From positions 1,492,601-1,556,600 of the forward strand of contig CAYJMP010000001.1 of NCBI GenBank assembly GCA_964371625.1: a DNA stretch of 64,000 nt, read 5' to 3'. How positions within the stretch are numbered: the stretch's first letter is position 1; each line of letters begins with the position of its first letter. Source of the stretch: an uncultured Ignavibacteria bacterium. Its GTDB lineage: Bacteria > Zixibacteria > MSB-5A5 > WJJR01. The notes below the pieces were generated by a model. That model had not been told where the DNA came from and did no database searches. It saw only the letters and a program-made list of their open reading frames with translations. Position numbers and translations under genes: made by a program. Positions 1 through 9,470 of this stretch are shown here, piece after piece.

Positions 1-552
1 GCCGAAGCCCTGAGCCGGGAGCTGGACATTCCGGCGCGCTTCTTCTGCTGCGACATCTATGATCTACCCGATCACCTCGCGGAACAATTCGATGTCGTGT
101 TCACCTCCTATGGAGTACTCTGCTGGCTGCCCGACATTCCCCGCTGGGGACAGATTGTCGCGCGCTATCTCAAGCCGGGCGGCCGATTCCACATTGTCGA
201 GTTTCATCCCATGACCAATCCCTTCGATCCAAACAATCGGGAAGGCACCATGGAACTTGCGCTCCCGTACTTTCACCGGGTTCAACCGTTGCGCTGGGTC
301 GAGAAGGGATCCTACGCAGATCCCGATGCTGATTTTGTCCACGAATCGTACGAGTGGCCATACAGCATTGCCGACGTGATCAACTCCCTTATCGCTGCCG
401 GCTTACGCATCGAATATTTCAACGAATTCCCCGACAGCATCTCTGAATGCTTCCCCGGACGCATGCGCGAGGACGCCGACGGGATGTGGCGCCTGATCGA
501 ACATCCAGACTCGCTGCCACTGATGTTCTCTATCAAAGCCGTGAAGCACTGA
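1..552 (+). CDS. Class I SAM-dependent methyltransferase, 5'-truncated at window edge
   Basis: Frame 1 is open from nt 1 into ORF 97..552. Translation AEALSRELDIPARFFCCDIYDLP...DVVFTSYGVLCWLPD...LKPGGRFHIVEFHP resembles the C-terminal half of a Rossmann-fold methyltransferase (motif II/III region). The gene converges on the cytochrome cluster. Confidence 0.45.
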   Translation, partial: AEALSRELDIPARFFCCDIYDLPDHLAEQFDVVFTSYGVLCWLPDIPRWGQIVARYLKPGGRFHIVEFHPMTNPFDPNNREGTMELALPYFHRVQPLRWVEKGSYADPDADFVHESYEWPYSIADVINSLIAAGLRIEYFNEFPDSISECFPGRMREDADGMWRLIEHPDSLPLMFSIKAVKH

Positions 553-574
553 GGGCGTTCTGGCACCGAAAAAT

Positions 575-640
575 GCAGGCTCGCGAGTACGCTCGCCCTC
601 CACATCCTGATTTGGAGGACGAGCGTACTCGCGAGCCTGC
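575..640. terminator. Long near-perfect inverted repeat (about 21-bp stem) between convergent genes; likely bidirectional terminator
   Basis: GCAGGCTCGCGAGTACGCTCG ... CGAGCGTACTCGCGAGCCTGC with an inner CCTCCA/TGGAGG pairing. On the minus strand the hairpin is followed by GCATTTTTCGG. It lies 6 nt after the stop of the 646..3432 gene. Confidence 0.45.
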
Positions 641-645
641 TCTTC

Positions 646-3432
646 TCAGCGGTACCCGAAGACTTCGGCCCAGATAATGAGAAGGATCAGCCCCAACCCA
701 AGCGAGAGCGCGATCCAGCCAAAGACTTTCATACCCTTGACCACCATAGGCGGCAGAGGCTCGGCCAAGTGCTTCTTGAGTTGACCGGTGCGAACCAACT
801 CCTCGAATTCCCGAGGCCGATCAAGGCGGAATTCCTGAATCGGCACGCGTCCCGTGAAGATGACCGTGTCCATCGGGAATTTGTCCGGACGGAAGTGTGT
901 ATTGAAAAAGTGTACGGTGAAGATGAAACCCACCGCCAATAGCGCTTCATCCGAGTGGATGATGGTCGCCACGTTGATGAACCACCCCGGCAGCAACTTT
1001 GTGAAGAATTCCGGGAACCACAACATCAGCCCGGTCGAGCCGATGATCAGCACGCCCCAGAAGACCGCGAAGTAGTCAAATTTCTCCCAGTACGTCCATC
1101 GCCCATAGCGCGGACGCGGCCCGGCGCCGACAAACCACTTGAGCGTTGCTTTCAAGTCCAGCCAGTCGTTTCGGTTCGGCAGCATCGAATCTTTGTCGAG
1201 CAGGAACTTGAACCACGACTTCCGGCTTTCTTTGCGCCGCTTCCAGACGTCGTGCAGATGCATCGCGAAGTACCCAAAAGTAATCACGGCACACACCCGA
1301 TGCACAAATGACGCCGCCTCAAATCCACCGAACATGCGTGAGAGGAACTGCGCCCAACCCAGGTATGAAAACTTGAGCGTCATCCCCGTCAATGCCAACC
1401 CGAGGAAGCTGATGACCACGAGAATGTGCATTTGCCGCTGACGGCGCGTGAACCGCTTGAACTCCAGTCGATGCGGTTTGGCTTCGATCTTCTGGTGCTG
1501 CCGCATCGCCTGGAACGATCGCGGCATCCACATCAGGGTATGCGTCCCTGCGAGAGTCAACGTGCCAATCAAGAGCGTGCTCATGAACCAAAACGTGTAG
1601 TACAGAATCGGGTACTTGTTCTTGTCGTGATGGGTCGCGTGCGTCAAGTATCCAGCAAAACGCCGGTTCGAGCCGGGGTGGCATTGCGCGCAAGTCTGCA
1701 CGATGTTGGCACGTGATAGGTGCGACGCGGGCTCACTGGGCGGGAGAATGTCGTGCGAGCCGTGGCAATCGTAGCACTTGGCGGCCATGGTGTATCCGAG
1801 CTTGGAGACTTTACCGTGGAACGTCTCGAAATACGACTCGGTCACATCCTTGTGGCACTCGCCGCATTGCGCCGTGATCGCCAGCTTGAACCCCTCGTCG
1901 CCGGTTCGTGTGATCGTGTGCGATGAGTGGCAGTCGATACAGACCGGGAGCTTTTTGTCGCTGGTCGAGACCGCCGTTGAGTGAATGCTCTTCGAGAACT
2001 TCTCAAAGATCCCATTGTGGCACCGCGCGCATGTTTCCGGGACGTTTGTGTGGTTGACGCTCGACTCGGGGTTGTCTTTCGGCAGGACATGATGCGCCGT
2101 GTGGCAATCGGTGCACATGGCGGTCACCACCAGGCCGCTCTCCAAGAGTCCCTTGCCGTGGATGCTCTCTGTGTAGTGCTCGATGATGTCGTGCTGCGTT
2201 CCTGTGTAGCGGACCGCGGCCTTCTTACCCTCTCGGTGGCATTGCGCGCAGAGCTTCGGAACATTGATTGGGAATGTCGCGGACTTCTGATCGCGTCGAT
2301 CCCGGATCCCATGATCGCCGTGGCAGTCTGTGCATGTCGGCGCATTCGGATCGCCGCGATCGACCAGTTGTCCGTGCGTGCTCGTCGCGTACACCGAATC
2401 GACACCGGCATGACACACGCCGCAATCGACACGCGCCGCTACCGTCGCGCAGGGACGCTCGTGTCCCTGGCGCGATGCCCCCGTGTGGCATTGGGCGCAG
2501 GCAACTTTGGATCGGTGATGTATCGACGGCCCGAACTCGGCTGAGTCAACAAACAGCGAGACCGTGTCGGCGCCCCTCACGGTCTGCAAATCCGGCCGGA
2601 CATGACAAGTCATGCATTCATCGTCGGAGATGCTCTCCTCGTACACCAGGCGGCGGGTCCGATGCGGTTCATGGCAATCTATACAGACCGGGATTTTGTG
2701 CGGTTCTTTCTCCCACAACTCACCGCGGATGACCTTGGAATGCACATCCTCGATACGCCCATGACACTTCTGGCAGGTGTTTGGAATATTGCTCGCATGG
2801 ATGCTTGAGGCCGGGTCGGTGTGCGGCAGCACATTGTGCGCCGTGTGGCAGTCGGTGCACACTGCGACGACTGTCAGTCCTTTCTTGTAAAGCCCCTCAC
2901 CATGCGCGCCAAATGAATAGTGCGAGAGAATCGAATCCTGAGGAATGTCGTACGTCTGATGAACTGGAGTTCCTTCCTTATGGCAACGCCCGCACATGAA
3001 CGGAATCTGGAACTTCGTGACTCGCGAATTCGGCGACGTCGGGCCCATGATGTCATGCGAACCGTGGCAATCCCAGCATCGCGGCGCCAGCGGGGCGCCA
3101 GAGTTAACCATCCGGCCGTGCATGCTATTGTTGTAGACTCCGGCGATATCATCATGACAGAGGCCACAATCGACCGGAGCGAGTGGAGCGTCATGGGGAA
3201 ATTCGGCGCCCGCCAGATCGCCGTGGCAGTCTATACACGTGAGTGAACCATGCACCGATGCCTGAAAGCCGGGGAGTAGGAGATTGACCCGCTGACCTGT
3301 TCGCTCTGAGACGAGCGACGGATCCTCATGGCACATCATGCAATCTTCGAGCGACTGCGCCAAGCTGGCTGGCGACATGCAAACCGCCAGTGTCAACACA
3401 CCCAGCGCCACAATCGACAGCCGACGACGCAC
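646..3432 (-). CDS. Giant multiheme c-type cytochrome (19 CXXCH) fused to a C-terminal multi-TM cytochrome b-like domain (CbcL-like architecture)
   Basis: Signal peptide MRRRLSIVALGVLTLAVCMSPASLAQS. The 19 CXXCH motifs are CMMCH, CIDCH, CGLCH, CWDCH, CGRCH, CTDCH, CQKCH, CIDCH, CMTCH, CAQCH, CGVCH, CTDCH, CAQCH, CTDCH, CARCH, CIDCH, CGECH, CYDCH and CAQCH. The C-terminal ~330 aa is hydrophobic with paired His in TM segments (HTLMWMP, MHILVV, HRVCAVITFGYFAMHLHD, IIHSD...FTVHFFNTHF), typical of Ni/Fe-hydrogenase-type diheme cytochrome b. The start overlaps the stop of the upstream gene by 1 nt. Confidence 0.8.
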   Translation of the reverse strand: MRRRLSIVALGVLTLAVCMSPASLAQSLEDCMMCHEDPSLVSERTGQRVNLLLPGFQASVHGSLTCIDCHGDLAGAEFPHDAPLAPVDCGLCHDDIAGVYNNSMHGRMVNSGAPLAPRCWDCHGSHDIMGPTSPNSRVTKFQIPFMCGRCHKEGTPVHQTYDIPQDSILSHYSFGAHGEGLYKKGLTVVAVCTDCHTAHNVLPHTDPASSIHASNIPNTCQKCHGRIEDVHSKVIRGELWEKEPHKIPVCIDCHEPHRTRRLVYEESISDDECMTCHVRPDLQTVRGADTVSLFVDSAEFGPSIHHRSKVACAQCHTGASRQGHERPCATVAARVDCGVCHAGVDSVYATSTHGQLVDRGDPNAPTCTDCHGDHGIRDRRDQKSATFPINVPKLCAQCHREGKKAAVRYTGTQHDIIEHYTESIHGKGLLESGLVVTAMCTDCHTAHHVLPKDNPESSVNHTNVPETCARCHNGIFEKFSKSIHSTAVSTSDKKLPVCIDCHSSHTITRTGDEGFKLAITAQCGECHKDVTESYFETFHGKVSKLGYTMAAKCYDCHGSHDILPPSEPASHLSRANIVQTCAQCHPGSNRRFAGYLTHATHHDKNKYPILYYTFWFMSTLLIGTLTLAGTHTLMWMPRSFQAMRQHQKIEAKPHRLEFKRFTRRQRQMHILVVISFLGLALTGMTLKFSYLGWAQFLSRMFGGFEAASFVHRVCAVITFGYFAMHLHDVWKRRKESRKSWFKFLLDKDSMLPNRNDWLDLKATLKWFVGAGPRPRYGRWTYWEKFDYFAVFWGVLIIGSTGLMLWFPEFFTKLLPGWFINVATIIHSDEALLAVGFIFTVHFFNTHFRPDKFPMDTVIFTGRVPIQEFRLDRPREFEELVRTGQLKKHLAEPLPPMVVKGMKVFGWIALSLGLGLILLIIWAEVFGYR

Positions 3433-5465
3433 TAATGATCTCCGCTCTGTTTGCCGCTCTTGCCGCTGCCGCCCTCGTCGCCTTCATTACTCGGAGTCCG
3501 CCGGTCGGAGAGGTGCTCGGCTTCGTTCGTCGAAGTGGGCGGCAATGCCGGATCGCCGGGATGTTCATGGCGATACACGTCCTCCGGCATCTTCCCCGTG
3601 TACCAGGAGGGATTCATCGGATAAACCGCCGGGCTGAACACGGTTGAATACATGTGCCAGATCAGAATGGCAAGAGTCGCCAGCCAGGCTTCGTAGTAGT
3701 GGATCACCAACATCACATCCAGGAAACCTTTGGGGAAAAACTTGACGGCCAATGACTCTTCCCACATGAAGAGACCCGTGATGGCCATGATTACTGTGCC
3801 CCAGACCAAGGCCCAGTACTCCGCCTTTTCCACGTAACTGAACCGGCCGAATGATGGACGGGAAGCGCTGCGGCCAAGATTGTAGTAAATCATCTGCTTG
3901 AATTCCGAGATATCCGATTTCCCGGGCATCATGTCGATGATGAATTGCCGACCGCGCGGGCGTAACAGGTACCCGACATGCCACATCGCCGTCAGAATGA
4001 AGAGAATGGCGGAGACACGGTGGATCGTGCCGCGAAGCGGGAAACCGCCCTCGCGCCCGAACAATAACTGCACCCACCACGCGTCCGAAAAACGCAGCGC
4101 GAATCCCGTGACTACGAGAACGATAAACGTGACCATGAGAAACGTGTGCTGCCAGACCTCATTGAACGTCATGCGGACAAACTGCTTCCTGAGGTTTACC
4201 AAATGAATCTGTTTGCGCAGATCGATGAGCCAATGCAGGACCATCCCGCCGATCACGACAAAGATGATGACGATGTAGATGTTCTTAATGATCCCGGCGA
4301 TCGGTGTCCGGCTCACTCCGGGCGATCCGTGGATTGGCGCTGTTGCCGCGGCGACGGAGATCCCCGGATGACAATGGCCGCAGGTCTTCTGCAGGTTGCC
4401 TTGATTGATCGAAGACGCCGAGTCGGTTGACGGAAGAATGCGATGGCCGCCGTGACACGAGGCGCAGTTCGCCACTGTCACGTCCCCGGTCTTGCTCTTC
4501 AGGCCATGATAGCTGTCGACAAAAGTCTTCAAACGGCCGGTGGGTATCCCGTATTTCTCATTCAGGCGGGCCGACTCATGACAAGGTGAACAAGTGGCCT
4601 CAGCCACACGGCTGGGGCTCACCGGGGATCGCGGATCCCGCAGCGGCAGAATGCCGTGCTCGCCATGGCAATTGGTGCATACCGGCGAGTCCGTCTCGCC
4701 GCGCTCGGTCAGCTGCCCGTGGATTCCCTCCCAATAGTCCTGCTCGACGTTGCGATGGCATTTTCCACAAGTCTTCGGGATGTTGAAGTGGTTGATCGAG
4801 GACTCAGTGTTCCCAGCGGGCAGTATCCGATGTGCTGTCCCCGCAGTCGAATGGCAATCATTGCAGGTCGCGGCAAGGTGCACGCCCGCAGTCGAGGCAC
4901 GGCCATGGACGCTGCTCTCGAACACTTCTATGGGCCGCTCGAGCGGAATCTTGTGTTTCTTGACCAGATCGAGATTCTCGTGACAGCTAGCGCAGGTGCG
5001 CGGGAGATTGATGGGATTGACCTTCGAGTGACGGTCCGTCGAGGGCAGGATATCATGCGTCCCGTGGCAATCAGCGCAGTTGGGAATATCCTCGCCGACA
5101 CCGACTCGCAGCCGCCCGTGCCATTGGTAAATCGAAGTCTCCTCCTCGTGGCACGACCCGCAGTTGACCTTCGCAAGCTTCTCGGCATGTGGGAAATCAG
5201 AGACGCCAGCGAGGTCAGCATGGCAGCTTGAGCACTCAAAGGTCGCGTGCGCGGATTGACCGACCTGTTCCGCGGTAACGACCAATGAGTCGGCACGTGG
5301 CCCATAGTCCTCAAACATGTCGCGCGTGCCGTGGCACTCAAGACACGTGCTGTTGTCGGCGACCGCGGTTGCGAAGGAACACAGGCTGAACGCGAGGACG
5401 ATTACCAGCCAGATAGCAATGGTCGACCTCGAACTCTGATAACGTGGTAGGACGGCGTTGGACAT
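3432..5465 (-). CDS. Multiheme c-type cytochrome (11 CXXCH) fused to a C-terminal cytochrome b-like membrane domain (second CbcL-like protein)
   Basis: The 11 CXXCH motifs are CLECH, CSSCH, CGSCH, CADCH, CASCH, CNDCH, CGKCH, CTNCH, CSPCH, CASCH and CGHCH. The C-terminus is multi-TM with conserved His (MVLHWLIDL, HTFLMVTF, HRVSAILFILTAMWHVGY, VIHYYEAW...IWHMY). I chose the start at MSNAVLPRYQSS (5465), preceded by GAGAGGGG; the ORF extends to 5525. Confidence 0.75.
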   Translation of the reverse strand: MSNAVLPRYQSSRSTIAIWLVIVLAFSLCSFATAVADNSTCLECHGTRDMFEDYGPRADSLVVTAEQVGQSAHATFECSSCHADLAGVSDFPHAEKLAKVNCGSCHEEETSIYQWHGRLRVGVGEDIPNCADCHGTHDILPSTDRHSKVNPINLPRTCASCHENLDLVKKHKIPLERPIEVFESSVHGRASTAGVHLAATCNDCHSTAGTAHRILPAGNTESSINHFNIPKTCGKCHRNVEQDYWEGIHGQLTERGETDSPVCTNCHGEHGILPLRDPRSPVSPSRVAEATCSPCHESARLNEKYGIPTGRLKTFVDSYHGLKSKTGDVTVANCASCHGGHRILPSTDSASSINQGNLQKTCGHCHPGISVAAATAPIHGSPGVSRTPIAGIIKNIYIVIIFVVIGGMVLHWLIDLRKQIHLVNLRKQFVRMTFNEVWQHTFLMVTFIVLVVTGFALRFSDAWWVQLLFGREGGFPLRGTIHRVSAILFILTAMWHVGYLLRPRGRQFIIDMMPGKSDISEFKQMIYYNLGRSASRPSFGRFSYVEKAEYWALVWGTVIMAITGLFMWEESLAVKFFPKGFLDVMLVIHYYEAWLATLAILIWHMYSTVFSPAVYPMNPSWYTGKMPEDVYRHEHPGDPALPPTSTNEAEHLSDRRTPSNEGDEGGSGKSGKQSGDH

Positions 5466-5539
5466 AGACCCCTCTCGCCTTCGGCTCGCCTGCGGCGCGC
5501 CTGCGGGGAGATCGTCCCCCCACACTCAAATCCTACGTA

Positions 5540-5585
5540 TCAATGTCCGGATTGTCAACGAACCCTCGCCAAGGAATGACAGAGA
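5540..5585 (-). promoter_or_regulatory. Sigma70-like promoter candidate upstream of the 11-heme fusion gene
   Basis: The minus strand reads CGTTGACAATCCGGA-N-TTGA...TAGGAT: TTGACA, a 17-nt spacer, then TAGGAT, about 80 nt upstream of the start. The 15-mer CGTTGACAATCCGGA is identical to the element at 7125..7170. Confidence 0.35.
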
Positions 5586-5632
5586 GCCCGCAAGTCTCGA
5601 TGAATTTTGTCAACTTCTATAGGTCAGAATTG

Positions 5633-7054
5633 TCAACGTTTTGGCAGATCTTCCAGGACCGGAGTCGGATTCTCTTCCTCGTACGCCAACAACTGATGGC
5701 AGGCGCCGCAGTCCTGAGAAATGGTCAGACCCTCCGGCGAAACGTGATTCTCGTCGTGACAGCGGAAACACCCATTCGAGAATGTGTGCCCGATGAAATT
5801 GCGGTACGTCCCCCACACGATTCCCATTTCCGGGAAAATGTTGCGCGACCAGATGCCTGCGAGCACGTCCGCCGCCTGTTCTACCATTTCGCCCTTACTG
5901 CTCGCCAAATCCGGGTACTCAGTGCGATAATAAGTCCGCACTGCAACGCGGATGTCGCGGGCAGCGTCTTCGCGCGAGCCGTACGGCTGCTTCAGAATTC
6001 GGACTCCCTCCCGCTTGATAAACGGCAATTCGGCGGGCAGATCGCCCGTGACCAACGCTTCGTCGACGGCCACCTCGGGCACTTCAAAGGTGTGCGCCGG
6101 GCGATTGTGGCAGTCCATACAATCCATGACGCGACGCGGCATCGTCCGCAGTTCTTCGATAGGGTAAGGGGAATCGCTCGAGACGTACTCGGTCTGGCGT
6201 CCGTCAAGATCAGTCATTTTGATGTACGCAATGGTGTCACGGACTTCATCGAGAGCGACATACTCGACCTTGTTCTTGATGTTCATGTGCCAGTGAATAC
6301 CTGCGGTCCCGCCGAGTTTCGGGCTGCCTCCCCCGGTCTTCATCAGCAGGATGTTCTTGAGCGCCGTGTTGGCCGAGTCTTCCTGGTATCGCGTCTTCAC
6401 AACAAGCTTGAAGCTGTGAAACTTCTCCGGCCAATGACATTGCTCGCAGGTCTCTCGCGCCGGGCGCAGGTTGCGGACTGGCGAAGGGATGGGCTTTTCG
6501 TAGGTATCGAAGGTGACGGCGATCACCTGTCCCAAGCCCGACAGTTTGGATTTCACATACCAGTCCGCGCCCTCGCCAATGTGACACTCAACGCACGCGA
6601 CTCGCGCATGCGGGCCGTTCCGGTACGACGTGAGTTCCGGCTCCATAACCGAGTGGCATACCTCGCCGCAGAAGGTCGTCGTGTCCATGAAGACCACGCT
6701 CTCGTACGCGGTCGCCGCCATGAGCGAGACCACAAGCGCGGCGGTGATCGTCATCACGATGATTCGCCGACGGGTCCGCGTGTCATCGAGGTTGACTTCT
6801 ACACGAATCAGCCCCTTAGGCAATCCTGCCGCGTGGGCGAGCCGGCGTCGTTCCCAGCTCATCCCCACGGGAATCAATACAATGCCCAACAATATGAAGC
6901 CGGGAAGCACGAGAAAGGCGATGACGCCGATATATGGGTTCGATTCGAAACCCAGCCAGGCAGCCACAAGGATGAACAGTATGAACACCGCTGACACGCA
7001 AACGGTCAGCAGACCCGCGAAACTGATCCAGTTGCTTGTCAGTCGTTTAAGCAC
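5633..7054 (-). CDS. Membrane-anchored multiheme c-type cytochrome (6 heme motifs), possible NapC/NirT- or ImcH-like quinol-oxidising inner-membrane cytochrome
   Basis: Two N-terminal TM helices (FAGLLTVCVSAVFILFILVAAWLGF; IGVIAFLVLPGFILLGIVLIPV). Heme motifs are CGEVCH (CX3CH), CVECH, CEQCH, CMDCH, CFRCH and CGACH. The antisense ORF 5543..6994 is judged spurious. Confidence 0.6.
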   Translation of the reverse strand: MLKRLTSNWISFAGLLTVCVSAVFILFILVAAWLGFESNPYIGVIAFLVLPGFILLGIVLIPVGMSWERRRLAHAAGLPKGLIRVEVNLDDTRTRRRIIVMTITAALVVSLMAATAYESVVFMDTTTFCGEVCHSVMEPELTSYRNGPHARVACVECHIGEGADWYVKSKLSGLGQVIAVTFDTYEKPIPSPVRNLRPARETCEQCHWPEKFHSFKLVVKTRYQEDSANTALKNILLMKTGGGSPKLGGTAGIHWHMNIKNKVEYVALDEVRDTIAYIKMTDLDGRQTEYVSSDSPYPIEELRTMPRRVMDCMDCHNRPAHTFEVPEVAVDEALVTGDLPAELPFIKREGVRILKQPYGSREDAARDIRVAVRTYYRTEYPDLASSKGEMVEQAADVLAGIWSRNIFPEMGIVWGTYRNFIGHTFSNGCFRCHDENHVSPEGLTISQDCGACHQLLAYEEENPTPVLEDLPKR

Positions 7055-7124
7055 CTTACTCTCCCTTGCCCTTCATGCATGATGGCCAAGCCGGCCGAAC
7101 CATGTCAGAGGGCTCTAAACCTAT

Positions 7125-7170
7125 CCTCAATCATCCGGATTGTCAACGCCGTCAGTTCAATCACTGACAG
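7125..7170 (-). promoter_or_regulatory. Sigma70-like promoter candidate upstream of the 6-heme membrane cytochrome gene
   Basis: The minus strand reads GGCGTTGACAATCCGGATGATTGAGGATAGGTT: TTGACA, a 17-nt spacer, then TAGGTT, about 80 nt upstream of the start at 7054. Confidence 0.3.
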
Positions 7171-7244
7171 TCAACTGGCATATATGACAAAGCGGGCCGC
7201 CGAAAATCCGGCGGCCCGCTGCGACAGAAGAGTGGTCCGAATCG

Positions 7245-8306
7245 CTATTTCGCAGCCGACTGGGCCAGGTAGTCTAAACTCGCCGCGATGACATCCTCCG
7301 CATAGCGGGGATTGTGCACTCCATCACTCAGATCGTAATGCAAGAGCTTGTAATTCCACACCACGCCTCGATCATTGGCATTCAGTGGCGCGGCGGCACC
7401 TGTCCTGACCGAATCGCCGTTTTCACTCACCCAGCCACGAGCAAAGAGCGCATCACGGAGTTCATCGAGATGCTCATTAAAGGCGTCTTGAACGGCATTG
7501 ACATCGGTCCTCGCCATCTGATCCGCCGAGGATCCCGTCCAGTTTAGGTGGCAACCGGCCTCGCGGCAACCGCTCGAGTTAATTCTGGTGCCCGACGAGT
7601 AATTGATGGCAAAACTGTGGCCACCGGAGATCGCATTGTCCGGAAGATTCGCCATGTGGCAGGTCACGCAGCCGTTGGCGATGGCGTTGTGAGTGGCGTT
7701 GGTCCGATAAACTGCGCCGGGCAGCACCCAAGCGCCCTGCCCAGACAAGACATTTGACTGTGGGCCGTAATGTGTACCCCACCGGTAGCTGGTGATCAGT
7801 GTCGCTTCGTCATCTATCGCGGGCTCCGGGGCACGTGCCTGATGACAAACCGCGCATGTATTACTCTCAGCTTTGTCATAAGACGTACCCACAGTCATCG
7901 CTGTCGCCCCCTCCTTGCGTAGACCGAAATCCCCGAAAGTGTGAGGGGCGTGGCAAGCAAAACAGCCAATGTGAGACGACTCCTCCAACGGGGCGGACTC
8001 ACCCGTTGCGATGTAGGTCTGGTACCCTTCCGTACTGTGGCAGCGGGAGCATGCGGCGCTGCTCTCCGCGGTGCCCCGGACATATGTGTCGCTCAAGTTG
8101 TGCCGTGAGAGGGCAAACTGCGTTTGGATCGTCCGCAGATAGTACACCGAGTCGTCAACAAGTTCGTATTCGTCCGTGTGGCAATTCATACACGTTGCCA
8201 CCCCTGGCGGACCCTGCGGGCCCACGTCGCCCTCGCAACTGGCCAACCCCAAGAGCATCAGCCCGACAGCCAATGGCATGGCCGCCTTCAACCATTGTTT
8301 CATCCC
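7245..8306 (-). CDS. Multiheme c-type cytochrome lipoprotein (5 CXXCH plus one CX4CH), candidate outer-membrane/extracellular component
   Basis: Lipoprotein signal MKQWLKAAMPLAVGLMLLGLASC (lipobox LASC). Motifs are CMNCH, CSRCH, CFACH, CAVCH, CVTCH and CREAGCH. A short collagen-like GPQGPPG stretch follows the lipobox. The ORF extends to 8330; MKQW is the preferred start. Confidence 0.65.
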   Translation of the reverse strand, partial: GMKQWLKAAMPLAVGLMLLGLASCEGDVGPQGPPGVATCMNCHTDEYELVDDSVYYLRTIQTQFALSRHNLSDTYVRGTAESSAACSRCHSTEGYQTYIATGESAPLEESSHIGCFACHAPHTFGDFGLRKEGATAMTVGTSYDKAESNTCAVCHQARAPEPAIDDEATLITSYRWGTHYGPQSNVLSGQGAWVLPGAVYRTNATHNAIANGCVTCHMANLPDNAISGGHSFAINYSSGTRINSSGCREAGCHLNWTGSSADQMARTDVNAVQDAFNEHLDELRDALFARGWVSENGDSVRTGAAAPLNANDRGVVWNYKLLHYDLSDGVHNPRYAEDVIAASLDYLAQSAAK

Positions 8307-8351
8307 GCGCTCCTTTCGATCACTATTCAAAATCCTCGTCTTTCATGACCA

Positions 8352-9470
8352 TCATTCCGGATCCCGTCCGTGACAACGCTCGCAGAAACCGACGCCTGGC
8401 CGACGCGCCCCGCCCTCGTGACAGACATAGCAAACAGCGTTTTCATCGTCGTGCCATGAGCCCTTAACATCGCGCATGAATCCCTCGGGATGTGGCGAGA
8501 TGGTGTTGCGATGGCATCGCAGGCATGTCGGCTCGGCAGCACTCTCTTCGTGGCAGGCCGCGCAAACCTCAATATCGGTGCGCGCAAACTCGGCGTGCCT
8601 GTGGTATTCGAAATCGGCCAAGTCATGCCACACTGGCTTCAGCCGCGAACCATCATTCTCGGGGTTATGGCAGGCATTGCAGAATGTCTGCGGTTCGTGG
8701 CAAACTGCGCAGTCCAAGGTCTTCGCGCGCACGTCACTACCGTGCGTCCAACGGTAGTTCAGATCATGCGCCCGCTGCAGAATCAAAAGGTCGTTTCCCT
8801 CATGGGCTGAAGCCATCGGACCAATTCGATCGACCGGCGCGTCCGCCTTATTCAAGATCGCCAGTCCCAGCGCCGCCCCTTCGTGGCACTCCGAGCAGTA
8901 ACTCTCACGATGACATGTCTCGCACGATTTGGCGTCGCCCCGCGCCTTGATTGAGTGATCCGACACCCAGTCGGCCACGTGATCCTTGGGGCGGAGCAAC
9001 TGTACCTGCGAATGGCACACGTTGCAGTTGTCGTTCATCTCACGTTCGCCGTGGCAATCAGTGCAAATCGACATCGACGGCAGGGCATGACTCGGAGCCT
9101 TCGTCGATTTCTCGACCCCTGCATGACAGCTCGCGCATTCCATCCCCATCGACACGTGCTTGGCGTGGTCGAAGATGAGTTCACGCGCCGGTGTCGGCCA
9201 CGGCGATGAGCCATCGGCCGGGACCGTCCAGTTCATGTCGGCTTGCTCGTGACAGCCGTAGCAGTCTGCAAGAGTGGGCAGCAGTATCGTCACCGAGGTC
9301 GTGGCAGAACTGGCCGCTTTGTGGCAATCGAGGCAGGCGGCGCCAACGTCTTCAATATGCTTTTTATGATCGAAGGGGATCGTGGGAGTCTTCGTGCCCG
9401 AGGCGTATGCCGAAAAGAAGATTGCTCCCGCCGCCATCACCAAACCCACTATGGTTGCGCGCCGCTTCAT
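8352..9470 (-). CDS. Periplasmic multiheme c-type cytochrome (13 CXXCH), MtrA/OmaB-like candidate
   Basis: Signal peptide MKRRATIVGLVMAAGAIFFSAYASG. The 13 motifs are CLDCH, CYGCH, CASCH, CTDCH, CNVCH, CETCH, CSECH, CAVCH, CNACH, CAACH, CLRCH, CYVCH and CERCH. The ATG overlaps the stop of the upstream beta-barrel gene (ATGA-type coupling at 9470). Confidence 0.75.
   Translation of the reverse strand: MKRRATIVGLVMAAGAIFFSAYASGTKTPTIPFDHKKHIEDVGAACLDCHKAASSATTSVTILLPTLADCYGCHEQADMNWTVPADGSSPWPTPARELIFDHAKHVSMGMECASCHAGVEKSTKAPSHALPSMSICTDCHGEREMNDNCNVCHSQVQLLRPKDHVADWVSDHSIKARGDAKSCETCHRESYCSECHEGAALGLAILNKADAPVDRIGPMASAHEGNDLLILQRAHDLNYRWTHGSDVRAKTLDCAVCHEPQTFCNACHNPENDGSRLKPVWHDLADFEYHRHAEFARTDIEVCAACHEESAAEPTCLRCHRNTISPHPEGFMRDVKGSWHDDENAVCYVCHEGGARRPGVGFCERCHGRDPE

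Noticed and set aside
5543-6994. 483-aa plus-strand ORF antisense to the 6-heme cytochrome gene
   Set aside because: It lies entirely inside a minus-strand gene whose translation has six heme-binding motifs, TM helices and a consistent signal region. The plus-strand product is Arg/Pro-rich with no motifs, a typical high-GC antisense artefact.
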